DNA of 64,000 nt from Phoronis australis (taxonomy: Eukaryota > Animalia > Phoronida), in assembly GCA_002633005.1 (NCBI GenBank), contig NMRA01000407.1, positions 124,001 to 188,000 on the forward strand, read 5' to 3'. Below, piece by piece: positions 1-11,698 of this stretch. The notes under the pieces are model-generated. The model was not told where the DNA came from. It made no database searches and worked only from the letters and a program-made list of their open reading frames with translations. The translations under genes were made by a program, and so were the position numbers. Positions within the stretch are counted from its first letter, which is position 1. Each line of letters opens with the position of its first letter.

Positions 1-712
1 CACCAGTGGAATTCCTTTTCCCGAGTGTAGTATTACATATAGTGTATTGGGGACGATCAGAAGCTGTGGACCCCTGTGGGATTGGCAATGTATTTATGGG
101 GGTGCCATTCTGGAAACTATCTCACAGACGAATCACAGGACAGCACAAGACAAGGACGAATGATGTTGACTATTTCAACATTCCTCTCGTCCCTAGAACT
201 AAAAGAAGAGAGGCTCTCAAGGGAATCAACATCATTCACAGAAATATTTATTGTCCCCCCAAACCAAAAAACACAAACTGTTAGCATAAGGACGATGTGA
301 TATTTCCCATTGGAAGATGGAGATAAAACAACTGTTAAAGAAGTTAAAATCAATAAAAAGAGTTTGGAGTGCCAGCATACCCCAGATAGAGGGAGCTGTC
401 ACTTGGCCGTAAATATACGGTAGTTGTCAGAGAGTCTCTCCAAACATAATGAAAACAACACAATTATACATAACCCCAGGTAGGGCTGGACGTAACAGAT
501 CATAGTCACTATTACGTCACTCCAATATAAGGGCTGGCCTGTCAAATCGACACTGTTCAAATAACCTATTTGTCGACTTATTGTAGCCTGTAGGTAGAGT
601 GTGTATACTGGGAATTGAACAGGTTCATTCCAACCTTTAATGGGTCTTACCATTATACTCACTCATTCAGTTGTCACTGATTTTGTACTGAGCTCTGGAT
701 TGTTCTGTGTAG

Positions 713-774
713 GTTCATCATGGTGGTGGTTATGGGTCTGAGTTTGAGTCCGACAGTGAAGCCGAGCTCAAGAG
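713..774 (+). CDS. FRA10AC1: FRA10AC1 exon (VHHGGGYGSEFESDSEAELK)
   Basis: TAG acceptor ends 712; GTAAG donor at 775. Confidence 0.85.
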
Positions 775-3700
775 GTAAGAAAAATAGGAAATATTTCGCA
801 CTAGATGACTGGGATATCAATTTTAAATCTGTAAATTTTGAAATTCAAAAATACCTTATGACGCTTAACGTCACATTTAAACTGCTATCTCACTTTTATA
901 TTCCAATACTCAACTGTGTTGTCTTAAATTAATTGAAAAGTGGCATAGCTAAGGAAGGTATGTAGGCAGTCATTCGTCCTGAGCAAGATATCACCATTGC
1001 TTTCCGCTGACTGTCAATAGTTTTTGCTACGTTATTGGATTGGAAAGTTGGCCAATTAAAATACTGTTACTCAACCTTTAAAAGCCCCCTAGAGAAGCTT
1101 TCTGAAAGAGTTGGTAGAAAATTTGTTTTGTTTAATTAACAGAGCAAAACGAAAGGATCTCATTCCCCACAGAAAAAGGACCACTGATGGAGTTGCTCAC
1201 AAGCGTGAACTGGGCAGTGAATACAGCAAGTATGTGTCTTGGGAATCTCTCTTCTTTTTTTACGCATAGAGAAAGAGGAATAATTCATCAATTTTCTCTG
1301 CCTAAATGTGGTAAGCATTTTCTTCAATTTGGATTGTGTTCCTTTCGTGTTCAAATCTTAAATCCTCTTTTTAGACTATTTGGGAGCAGCAGTTTACGCA
1401 ATATGACTTATTGAAGCATCTCGCTTCATTCAATGGTGAGGGTTGAATGTATTGATTTAATTACGCACTGGTCATAAAAATAGCAGCTTTATTTGTCAAA
1501 CTTGAGTCCAGTAACACTTTTTGTTTCAATGGCTATATACTATGATTGTGTGGTGCTTGTTGGCCAACTTTTGGCTTAAGGAAAAACCACTTCATTCTTA
1601 TTTTGTCTTATTTTGAGATTGGCTATTTTTGACCCACACTTGTAGCACTCAATATACCATAGTTTTAAACTTTAATGAAGTTAATTGCTGAATGAAAGAC
1701 TGTGAAAATTGTACATGGATGCCCTATTTTTATTGCTAACTTACAGTGATACACTTTTTTCTTTTGGCCAGTGTTTTCTGAAACATCTTGATTAATTGCT
1801 GACTTCTACAGTTTCAAAATTATTCAGCATGATTAATTATTTATTTCAGAGAGGAAGGACGTACCATGAGGTTTCACTTTCTAAGCATGGATGCCGTATC
1901 CTTTGTTTCTCTAACCAGTTATGATTGATTTGCGAAGCTAAGACATGTAGTACTGCTGTGTCATAGCTATCAGATAAATACTGGCAACACTTAAATGATC
2001 TCTTTAGATTTGTTTTCCGTGTTTTTGACACAGTCTTGTATTTTCCTACATTTTAGTATTTCAGAGTTTGACAAAGTAGCAGTCTTCTTAAAAATGCAAG
2101 TGCTTAAAAAACTCATTCTGGCGTGGAACTAAGTACACTTTGAATAATCTGTCATGGAATCAACACTCCTTTGAGGAGGCAGTGTGGCCTAGTGTCATAG
2201 ATGCCTGCTTTCTTCACTACAGGTCGTGAGTTCGAGTCTCGCTGGGCCACACTGCTAGACCCTTGAGTCAGCTTGGTTTTAACTATATGTTAATAAAGCA
2301 CAGGCTGTCATTGCAATGGGCCTACATGCGCGGCTTGCACACACCTGGTACAACGTGTCACTCTTACTCCAGAACATATGTTGGATTTACTTCTACCGTC
2401 CTTGTCTGGTGTCAGTGAAGTAATACTTGTAGAAATTTTGAGATTTAGACAGCGTTGATACTTGCTCTAGTTGAAAAAAGAAACTGATATTTGGTAGTTT
2501 TGTATAGTTGAAACTTCCTGGAGTTTCAGTTTCTGTTGAAAACTACTGTGCGTTCAGGAGTCAAGAATAGTGGGCCTTAACTGAAACTAGTACGCTAGAC
2601 ACAAACAGATGGTCAACAGTTATATGATGTACTATGGAGGCAAATGGAAAGATTTCACTACCAACAGGTAAATTGTGAAGCATTGCTTTAGTAATTTTTT
2701 ACTCCCGAGATATTTGAACATTGGGTATCGAGCCGAGGCATGTTGCAAAGCTCATTATCCAGTTGTTGTTTGAGTGTAATGATGGGTTGGCAGACTTAAT
2801 GCGCTTTGTGCTAAGAGTTTGCTGTTGTGACTGTTTTTCGACCATTTTCAGCAACAACTGGTAATTTGCATTTTTCAAATTTATTTGATTTACTTAGTAT
2901 TAAAAGTTTTGAACAAACCAAACGCATATTTCAAGCAAATTCGGGAAATATGGCTGAAATGTGTGGATTTCTTACTTAATTCATTGTGGGTTAAAGGTGA
3001 TTTCAAGTCCAAAAGAAGCGCTGGCTCCTTTTTTATGGATTTATAACAACATTTAACTTGTAACCTCTGTTTCTCATATATTTCTAGACCAGTTAGTAAG
3101 ACTGACTTGGACATCATAAGAGATAATCACCAGTTTCTGTGGGATGAAGAAGATGAGGACAGCTCATGGTATGTTGTAGCATGGAGCAGTAGCTGTGTTT
3201 TCACTCTAACTCGATGTTGGCTTGTTCTTATAAAATGAAGTGAAATTTACAAACTATTGAAGTGTGCTTCTCATAATCTCAAACGCTCTTTACAAGGGTG
3301 ATACCCGAATGGCCTTCTCACAAAGAGCCTGAGTGTAGTGCATTGACCATCTCAGATGACTCTTGGTGTGTTGATTTAGCAGTCCTTAGAGCATTGCCCT
3401 GTGACGAAATCAATTGTGTTTGCCTGATTTCACAAGATAGTGGTTATAAACCCATTATCTAGTTCAAGAACCAACTTGTGATGAAGACAACCTACCATAA
3501 TGAAACTGATCTCAATTATTCCTTGGTCTAATTAGAGGTTCTCCTAGTTGGCGTGTCACGTCGTGCCATTTTATAAGCTTGGTCTCAAAGAATAGGAAAC
3601 TTTCAGTTCTTAACAAACCCTGAAATGACTTGTTATCCGAGAATGGGACAGGTTGAGACACATTTTGCTGCAGTAAATGGCTTTAATCAAATGTTCACTT

Positions 3701-6700
3701 CTTGGTCAGAACAGGCTGAATGCCATACTACTGCTGTGATGTGAGGCTCAAGGTCTGCATTAGGTTGCTCAGACTCCTAAAATTGGTCTTAGTACCTGGA
3801 AATTTCCATCTCCACAAAGAGTTTGCAAATCATAAGCGGAGGCAATATACTCAAAAGTTGGCTGCGTTGACTTTCATTAACTTGTAGAGCATCGTGGCTG
3901 TCACAAATGTGTCAGACTTTGGCATTTCAAAAAGCATGAACTGATCAATATATTTTTTCATAAATTAAAAAAATATGTTCAAAGAATCATAACGTAAAAA
4001 GTTCTAAGGGAGACGTAGCATAATTACATAATATGTTCTGCCTTAATTCCTCAATATTTGAATGCCATCTTCAACTTGTCTTGTGTTAATTTCAGCTAAT
4101 AGCCATTTTCTGCTATAGCAGTGACATCTAGAAACACGCCTTGTCACTGGATTGTGGCTGAATTATTGCTTGGATAAAATGCAGCCCCTTGTTATAACTT
4201 CTTTGCGGCCATTGTAGTGCATTGGGATATACAACTGGTTCACACAAGAATGTCCAATATTTTAGAATGTCCCTGAATGGAAGAAACTGCATTTTGTCCC
4301 TGTCAACTCTACCTATTTTGCATACCAGAAATGGAAATAAGGTCGAGCGAATGATGCTTTTTTGCTCTTACAACACTGTACGAGTTGTATGTAGAATATT
4401 TCCCATGAGAGGGTACTGAGTTTCTCTTTCACTTCTTGTTTTGTTTTGTTTTTTCAAGTCTGGTCAAAATTGTTGGGTGGTGAATGAAGTGGGTTTTGAA
4501 GACCGGCAGCATGAACAGCTAATCTTTCTAATTTCAGGGAGAAGCGTATGGCGAAAAAGTATTACGACAAGTTGTTCAAAGAATACTGCATAGCTGATCT
4601 GAGTCGCTATAAAGAAAACAAGGTGTGTGTTGTGCATGTTTTTCATGCTTCTACTCTGTTTTAAGGATTTTTTGAGACTGATGCAGTTGCCATAGCCAGC
4701 TGTCTGAAATTATTCGTAATGATCATACGAGTCTCTACGGTACAGCCACTGAATTATTAGACTTCGTTTGATCTGCCTCACGGCTAGCCATACAAGCGTA
4801 ACCGGAACGCAGGCGTGAGAGAAATCAGTGAGTGGCTTCTCACCTTTACTCTCCGGGTAGCCCTCAGGCTTGCCTCCGGTTTGGTTAACCCCTTTCTTAC
4901 GATTTCCTTGCGCCTCCGTCATGCTTTCTTCACACCTTGAGTAGCTGTAGTAGCTGTGATGGTGCGCAGTGCTATTAAAAATAACATCTAAATCTGCGTG
5001 TACAGGTGGCATTGTTGGTGTTTCTGTCCAGTAATCTGTTGTTTTGGCATCTTAAACCACTGAGTTCTGACTAATTCCGTCATTTCACGTATTTATCATA
5101 CAAACGAACTCCTTTAACTCGTCTGGTGTCACATTTATGTTGTCCAATTTATGACTCCAAAGCCTGTCCCATTAAAGACTTGACCCTGGTTAGTAAAGAC
5201 GAACAAACGCAACCCTCTGCAGGCGTTCACAGTCATGTTTACATTACTGTAGACTCGGTGAAACTCGTCGCAGTGGAATTTCCTAATTCGCCCTAAAAAT
5301 AGCCACGCGTGTGTACATGCACATGTATTGTCAATCCTTAGATTCTTCCACTGCACTCGTGGAACAGAAAATTTCAATAAGCTCCCTTCCATGGGCGACA
5401 GCATCTGGCATCCCCATACCCTACTGCGAACGTATGTAAAGTCCCCAACCCCTAGTGCGGGTTTATTTGTAGCCCCATCCCCTTAGTATTTCGGGCCCAC
5501 GTAGTCCCGGAGGAATTTTTCACTTAAATAATAATAGTGGTCACCTGTCTGACTCATCAAATGGTTGTGATTTGTTTTCTCCACATGATGCCGGAATTTG
5601 GGTAAATGCACCCAGAATTCACGTGCTATGCTCTGGCTTGCCGTGAAAACAATTTAATTATTCTGTTATGTTATCATGTGTCAACATTATTTATGTGGTT
5701 ATTTCAAAAACATTTATATATATTATATATTGTTTAGTGATGTCCATGAAATTTGTAAAATGATTTTGGTGCATTCTGTATACTGAAATTTCAAGGACAG
5801 GAACTGGTAATTTTTTAATGCACTTGGCTCCTGAAATTGAATTCCTCATGAAAAGTTTGTGTAGAATCCTGTTTTCGTGGAAGAAATACGCTGTGGTGGA
5901 TTTTTATTTCCAGACAACAGTTTTAAGTCACGCATGCTTACATTTCGTTCACGGTGGTAGGTAATTGGCATTTGTCTTGTGACATGGGACTAAAGAACAA
6001 GCCTTGTGCTTAATGAAAGAAGATTTATACCAGGCCTCTGGAAACTGGTGTCTGTATTACTGGCTAGATGGGAGTAAGTTGTAATCTTTTTAATTTGTTG
6101 TTACCTTATGTGTTAATACTGCTTTTATGGTACCTTATGGTGAAAGTGCCTTGAAATTCATGGGTTTCTGTTTTAGATAGCCTTACGTTGGAGAATAGAG
6201 AAAGAGTGCATTGTGGGTAAAGGCCAGTTCACGTGCGGCAACAAGAAGTGTGATAAGACTGACGGTTTGAGAAGCTGGGAGGTCAACTTTGGTTATACGG
6301 AAAAAGGGGAAAAGAAGAATGCTCTGGTGAAATTAAGTACGAGTTAAATTGTAACCAGTTGTTAAATTTTAATAAATTCCTAAATATGGACGATAGCAAA
6401 GTTTAATCAAACAACTATATTCTTAGTTTCCTTTTGGGTGACAGTAGTGACTAGACCAGGGATCATTCCAGCTACTGTGATGGCCAGTGCCGCTTGCTCC
6501 CGGCTATCATGATGTTCTCAGTCTAGGACAGGGAATTCTGTGGAACACCTACGTGAGCATCTTAACTTACTTCCATCTCAGATGCCAACGGATATGTTCT
6601 GGGTATTAGACTACACAGTGCAGCATAGTTCACTACAAATTTTTGTCGGACCAATCAGAACCAAGACATGGAGCGTTGGAAAAAAGCTTACTGGTTCTGC

Positions 6701-9700
6701 TTGAAATTAATCAAAAAATAATGTATGCGGCAAGACAATGTTGCCTTTTGAAGAAAATATCAAAGACTCTGCATTGAAGTCAGCACTTCAATCTTAACGA
6801 CTCCTAGCAGACTGCTGCTTGTCTGGGCGGAGTTGGCTAGACGACTGGTTGGCAACCGTTAACGGACTCGTTACCTCCAGTGGGACAAATGAGATCTATG
6901 TTGCTTATTTGCACAAAATGCGAATTTTTTCCAAAAATAGAACATTTTGTCCTCAGTGACCTATCACTTCAGTAGTGACTATTTTGCTACTTGTGATACA
7001 ACCAAGTGATTTCACGTGGTCTTCGGTGATCTTCTGTTAATGAACTTGCAATATGGAATGCACCCTTGAATTCTTTTCAGGTTGAAAACAACGAGATCAT
7101 CGAAGCACTTTCAAAATTTGTATTCAAGTTTTTTCACCACCCAGAATGGTAAGCTCACTATGTATGATTTGTATTTTGAGCTTTTTGATCCCAATAAATT
7201 AAATGCTCCTTTTGCTTTTCAGGACTCTGTCCAGATTGTTCTTACAAACTGAACTACCACCACAAGTAAGCTCTTTACTTTTGCTGCTATTTTGATTTGA
7301 ATAGTTTTCTGTTAGCGCTGTTAAGGCCCTGTCACACTGAACGTATTCTGAAGGTGTTTGAGCTCGTTTTAACATCTTAATTAAATAGACCATGGACAAG
7401 CAGAAACGGATCACTACGTCGAAACATGTGCCTCAAATGTTACACTGTCCACAGGAATTTTACAAGTTATTCTCTGTCTACTCTGACTGTTTCACATTCA
7501 CACAATTGTACTTACAACTAGCTTGGTGTGGCCTGGCCCCAGTAATAACAAATCATTTGTCTTGTTGTTCACATATTTATAACATTCCTGGACAGCAGGT
7601 TACTTTTTTATGCGCCCACATATTTATATGTGGACGTATTATGCCGTCATCTCCGTCCATCCAGGTGGCGTGCGTCCGGCGTCCGCTGCTTTATCTCCAA
7701 AACCCTTTGACATACGTTCGTGAAATTTGGCACATATGTTCCATTCATGAATGGGACGGCATGTGCGAACTTTCGGACGGATCTGACTACCGGTGTGCCC
7801 CCTAGTGACAATTTTAGTTTTTTACGCTTACCTTTGTATCTTCAAAAGTCCTGAACGGATTTTCATGAAATTTGGTATGTAGGCACCTATTAGTGAGATG
7901 ACGCTATCCTCCCATTTTCAGGTGGATTTGACATAGTTTGCGCCACCTAGTGGCCATTTTTAGTGTTTTCGAGTCTGTATTTTTGCGTACACCCCTTTAT
8001 CAACCAAACCGCTCAAAGGATGATTGTGAAAATTGGCATGTATGTGCTTACTATAAAGAGGACAGCTGACAATGATTTTCAGACGATTTGGACTACTGTG
8101 GCACCTCATAGTGGCAGTTTTTGTGTTTTTTTTACGCCTATGGCTGTATCTCCTAAACCGTTCGCAGGATCTTTACGAAATTTAATAAGTGTATTTACAT
8201 TATGTTAACAACAGACGATGACGACTTTTGGACGGATCCGCCTACCAGTGTGCCCCCTAGTGGCAATTTTATTTTTTTACGTTTACCTCTGTATCTTCAC
8301 AAGTCCTTAACGGATTTTCATGAAATTTGGTATGTAGGCACGCTATCCTCCCGTTTTCAGATGGATTCGACATAGTTTGCGCCACCTAGTGGCCATTTTT
8401 AGTGTTTTCGAGTCTGTTTTTGGCGTCCACCCCTCTATCAACCAAACCGCTCAAAGGATGATTGTGAAAATTGGCATGTATATGCTTACTATGTAGAGGA
8501 CGGTTGACGATGATTTTCCCATGACTTTGATTACTGTGGCGCCTTCTAGTTGCAGTTTTTTTTTGCGCCCATGGCTGTATCTCCCAAACTGTTTGCAGGA
8601 TCTTTACTAAATTTAGCAAGTGTATTTATGTGATGTTGACAACGGACGATGACGACTTTAGGATGATTCTGATTACCGGTATGCCTCTAGTGGCAATTTT
8701 AGTATTTTACATTGACCTCTGTATTTTCATAGGTCATCAGGTGTATACTTTGTGTTACTTCAGGACTATGAAGGAAAAGTTCCAACTAGAAATTTGTGTC
8801 TGGCATTCTAATGCTGTGCTAATCTCGTATGTTGGTAAATTTGTTTTTAATTTTCTGTTTCTGTGGTGCTTTAAGCAACTGATGTATAGGATGTGCTTGT
8901 ATTATGAAGATCACTCACATTTTGCCCCTAGCCTATTGAGGAGACAATGACCATGCCTTTCCATTTTGCAAAGTACAACATATTACACATATGCCCTCTA
9001 CTGGCCACTTTATGGTACCAAAAAACAACTCTAGAATGATACCGTATACGGTGCAATTGTGGGCGCATTTCAACGCTCTGCGTTGCTCTTGTTATTAGTG
9101 TTGGAAATACTAAAGATTCTACTATTTTTGTTTAGACTCTCAAGTGTTTATGCTCAGTGCAGATTTTCACCAATTTTAAGTGGTATTAGCCTTGCGAATT
9201 GTTCATTAAGTGTTTTAATGTCATAACAAGTACCATTTGTAAAATTGCATGTTATTTTAAACCAGAAAAAGGGAAATCAAAAAGGCACGAAAAGAACAAA
9301 AACATACGGAGGTACCAGATAAAAGACAAAAGCTAGCAGACGACAAAGAGACTGCAGTTGCATCAGCTTCCTCTTCCCAGGATGCAGTGCAATCGTCTGA
9401 ACAGGCACTAAAGGCTGGTAAATCCGAGTCGGAAATTTGGAGTGGCCCCATTAAGTTAGTTGATGAGAAGTCGAGGTAAGCATTACTGTCAAAGGTTTGT
9501 TCTGTTGCTTTGCAAGTTTCATCATTTTCACACAAGTGTAAGTGTAAAATCTCACCAAAATAGGACCAAAAAGTTTTCACTTTTTACAAGCTTGTATTTA
9601 ACTTTGTTGTGAATGTTCTGAATTTTTCAAAATATTGCCAGATGGCGCTGTATGATAGGACCTATAAAGCATCTGATGAAGCAAAATGAATTTTTCTCAT

Positions 9701-11698
9701 CCGCCATATTGTTTCCTAAATTAATGATATTTGCCATGCACTTAGGAGGGGAGGATCGAGATTTTGTGTACACTTTTGATGTCATGTTTTCTATGGCAAT
9801 CTTTGTTGTAAGAGTTTTGTAAACAACTTTGAGTTAGTAATTGCTTTTTAGTAGCAATCTACTGAAAAAACTACAGCTTATGCTATTGATATCTTGTTAG
9901 GCCTAGACAATTGTGACCCTATTTCTCAATGGACTAGAGAATTTGCGTGAGCTGCACAAGGTCCAAGGTCCCAAATCTAGTCGGGGATGAAATCTTTCAG
10001 ACTTTTAGTTACTAGGTCATGGTTCTAATAGGTGTCTACTAGTTCAGTCACCCATCTTGAGCTTTACCAATGCATACGTATTTTTCCATTTTTATGCGCC
10101 AACATATAATTATATGTGGTCGCATATTACCGTCATCTTTCTCTTGGTGTCTAGCGTCAGCAGCTGTATCTCCTAAACCCCTCACAAGATCTTGATGAGA
10201 TTTCATCATTTGGCAGATGTGTTCCTATGAAGCACACGATAGATGACAACGAATTTCGGACCTCCAACTACTGGTGTGCCACCTAGTGGCAATTTTAGTT
10301 CGTTACGCTTACCTCTCTATCTTCGGAGCTCCTACCCGGATTTTCATTAAATTCGGCAGTTAAGTATCTATTAATGAGATGATACCATTCTCTCGTTTTC
10401 AGACGGATTCGAGGTACTTTACGCCACCTAGTGGCCATTTTTATTGTTTTCCAGTCTGTTTTTTGGCGTCTGCCTTTTTATCAATCAAGTCTGACGTTGA
10501 TTTTCCAACGACTTCATCTACTGTGGCACCTCTTAGTGGCAGTTATGTTTTTTGCGCCTATAGCCTCTTAGTAACAGTTTTATTTATACAATTTCCTCAG
10601 TTTCTCAGAAGTTACTTGACGGATTTTTATGAAATTTCGTAAATAGCGTTGATGACACATACCAGTTTTCGGATGGATTCGACATATTTTGTGCCATCTA
10701 GTGGCCATTTTTATTTTCCGAATAAACACCCTTAGAAGCACACCGTTTGCAGTGCATTTGTGGGTGCATTTCGATGCTCCGCATTGTTGTCGTTTCATTA
10801 GGCTTATCAGTCGATACGGACCTGCCCATTTTTTCATGAGGCCATTGGTTGATACGGACCTGGGCATTTTTTCATTAGGCCATCAGTCGATACAGACTTG
10901 TATATTTTTTCATTAGGCCATCAGTCGATATGGACCTGTCGATTATTTCATTAGGGCATCAGTCGATAAGAACCTGTCCATTTTTTCATTAGGCCATCAG
11001 TTGATACGGACCATTTTTTTCAATAGGACACCAGTTGATACGGACCTGTCCATTTTTTATGCGCCCACATATTATATGTGGTCGCATCTTGCCGTCAACT
11101 CTGTCTGGATGTCCGGCGTCCTTCGATTTTAGGTTTGATTCGTGGTATGTTGCACCACCTAGTGGCCAATTTTACTGTTTTCGAGTCTTGTTATTTGGCA
11201 TCTACCCCTTTGTCAACCAAACCACTCTAAGGATGGTTGAGGTAATTGGCATGTGTGTTCCTCATGTGAAGAGGAAGTCTGGCGAATGATTTTCCTACGC
11301 CTTCTACTGTTGCGCCTCTTAGTGGAAGTTATGTTTTTTGCGCCGATAGCCTCCTAGTGGCAATTTCATTTTTTTGTTTTCCTCTGTTTCTCAGAACTTC
11401 TTTATCGGATTTTTATGAAATTTGGTAAATTGTATAGCTTTGATGACACATACCAGTTTTGGATGGATCCTATGTATTTTACTTCATCTTGTGGCCATTT
11501 CTATGTTCCAAATAAACACCTTTAGAGCTACACAGTTTGTGGTGCATTCGTAGGTGCATTTTGTAGATGCATTTCAACGCTCCTCATTGCTCGTGTTTTG
11601 TTTTTTCATCGTTAATCCGTTGTAAGAGATACACCTAGCATTTATTATATTGTAGAGAAGAAGAATTTGATGACTACTTTGAAGACATGTTCTTATGA
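713..11698 (+). CDS. FRA10AC1: FRA10AC1 homolog (spliceosome-associated), 5'-partial; join(713-774,1143-1229,1850-1895,2591-2667,3088-3168,4538-4622,6177-6336,7223-7265,9266-9475,11656-11698), 297 aa in window
   Basis: Ten GT-AG exons splice in frame to VHHGGGYGSEFESD...KTDLDIIRDNHQFLW...AKKYYDKLFKEYCIADLSRYKENK...GKGQFTCGNKKC...SWEVNFGY...NALVKLRLCPDCSYKLNYHH...SEIWSGP...EEEFDDYFEDMFL*, matching the remembered FRA10AC1 sequence end to end. Confidence 0.96.
1143..1229 (+). CDS. FRA10AC1: FRA10AC1 exon (AKRKDLIPH...VAHKRELGSEYS)
   Basis: CAG/GTATGT boundaries, phase 2-2, VAHK motif. Confidence 0.85.
1850..1895 (+). CDS. FRA10AC1: FRA10AC1 exon (EEGRTMRFHFLSMDA)
   Basis: CAG acceptor; followed by U12-type donor GTATCCTTT. 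Confidence 0.92.
1896..2590 (+). other. U12-type (minor spliceosome) GT-AG intron
   Basis: 5' site GTATCCTTT (1896-1904); branch point CCTTAAC (2575-2581) 9 nt before terminal AG; no polypyrimidine tract; joins MDA|YARH in frame. Confidence 0.93.
2173..2290 (+). mobile_element. tRNA-derived SINE head inside the U12 intron
   Basis: A-box-like TGGCCTAGTG (2185-2194), B-box GAGTTCGAGTC (2228-2238); 2179-2189 is complementary to 2245-2255; no proper cloverleaf. Confidence 0.6.
2591..2667 (+). CDS. FRA10AC1: FRA10AC1 exon (YARHKQMVNSYMMYYGGKWKDF)
   Basis: Conserved YYGG..DF; GTAAAT donor. Confidence 0.92.
3088..3168 (+). CDS. FRA10AC1: FRA10AC1 exon (KTDLDIIRDNHQFLWDEED)
   Basis: TAG/GTATGT boundaries; conserved motif. 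Confidence 0.95.
3200..4400 (-). mobile_element. Heavily decayed LINE (CR1/L2-like) ORF2 remnant
   Basis: Scattered RT-like traces on - (e.g. ICKLFV.. resembling CKLFADD near 3810-3830) with many stops; boundaries approximate. Confidence 0.3.
4538..4622 (+). CDS. FRA10AC1: FRA10AC1 exon (EKRMAKKYYDKLFKEYCIADLSRYKENK)
   Basis: CAG/GT boundaries; near-invariant family motif. Confidence 0.97.
4736..5632 (+). repeat. ~0.9-kb dispersed repeat, copy 1
   Basis: Colinear with 12626-13543 from TAC(G/A)GTACAGCCACTGAATTATTAGAC to CAGAATTCAC(G/A)TGCTATG. Confidence 0.85.
6177..6336 (+). CDS. FRA10AC1: FRA10AC1 exon (IALRWRIEKE...CGNKKC...WEVNFGY...NALVKL)
   Basis: TAG/GT boundaries; conserved Cys region. 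Confidence 0.97.
7223..7265 (+). CDS. FRA10AC1: FRA10AC1 exon (RLCPDCSYKLNYHH)
   Basis: CAG/GTAAG boundaries. Confidence 0.95.
7604..9093 (+). mobile_element. HINE/DINE-1-like non-autonomous Helentron, copy 1
   Basis: T-run insertion site; subterminal IRs ATGCGCCCACA (7610-7620) / TGTGGGCGCAT (9058-9068); short GTCC-type microsatellite; internal ~450-bp duplication; 3' hairpin CAACGC-TCT-GCGTTG (9071-9085) then CTTGTT. Confidence 0.8.
9266..9475 (+). CDS. FRA10AC1: FRA10AC1 exon (KREIKKARKE...SESEIWSGPIKLVDEKS)
   Basis: CAG/GTAAG boundaries; open in expected phase. Confidence 0.92.
10089..10793 (+). mobile_element. HINE/DINE-1-like element, copy 2
   Basis: TTTTTATGCGCCAACA start, TGTGGGTGCAT (10759-10769) plus degenerate hairpin end; interior homologous to copy 1. 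Confidence 0.75.
10794..11058. repeat. Seven-copy ~38-bp tandem array
   Basis: Unit TTCATTAGGCCATCAGTCGATACGGACCTGTCCATTTT repeated head to tail without spacers. Confidence 0.9.
11053..11596 (+). mobile_element. HINE/DINE-1-like element, copy 3
   Basis: TTTTTTATGCGCCCACA start, GCATTTCAACGCTCC..TTGCTCGTGTT end; homologous interior. Confidence 0.75.
11656..11698 (+). CDS. FRA10AC1: FRA10AC1 last coding exon (EEEFDDYFEDMFL*)
   Basis: TAG acceptor; conserved acidic C-terminus; TGA 11696-11698. Confidence 0.95.

Noticed and set aside
1-660. Penelope-like GIY-YIG remnant or FRA10AC1 first exon
   Set aside because: Only vague R..QH and R.EAL..I hints; no convincing motif or ATG exon could be fixed.
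1060-1120. Hammerhead-like core
   Set aside because: CTAGAGA..GAAA deviates from CUGANGA and the stems cannot be closed.
9257-9580. 107-aa minus-strand ORF
   Set aside because: Antisense shadow of FRA10AC1 exon 9266-9475.
10794-11058. CRISPR-like array
   Set aside because: Units are contiguous with no unique spacers, no cas genes, and lie in a eukaryotic intron.
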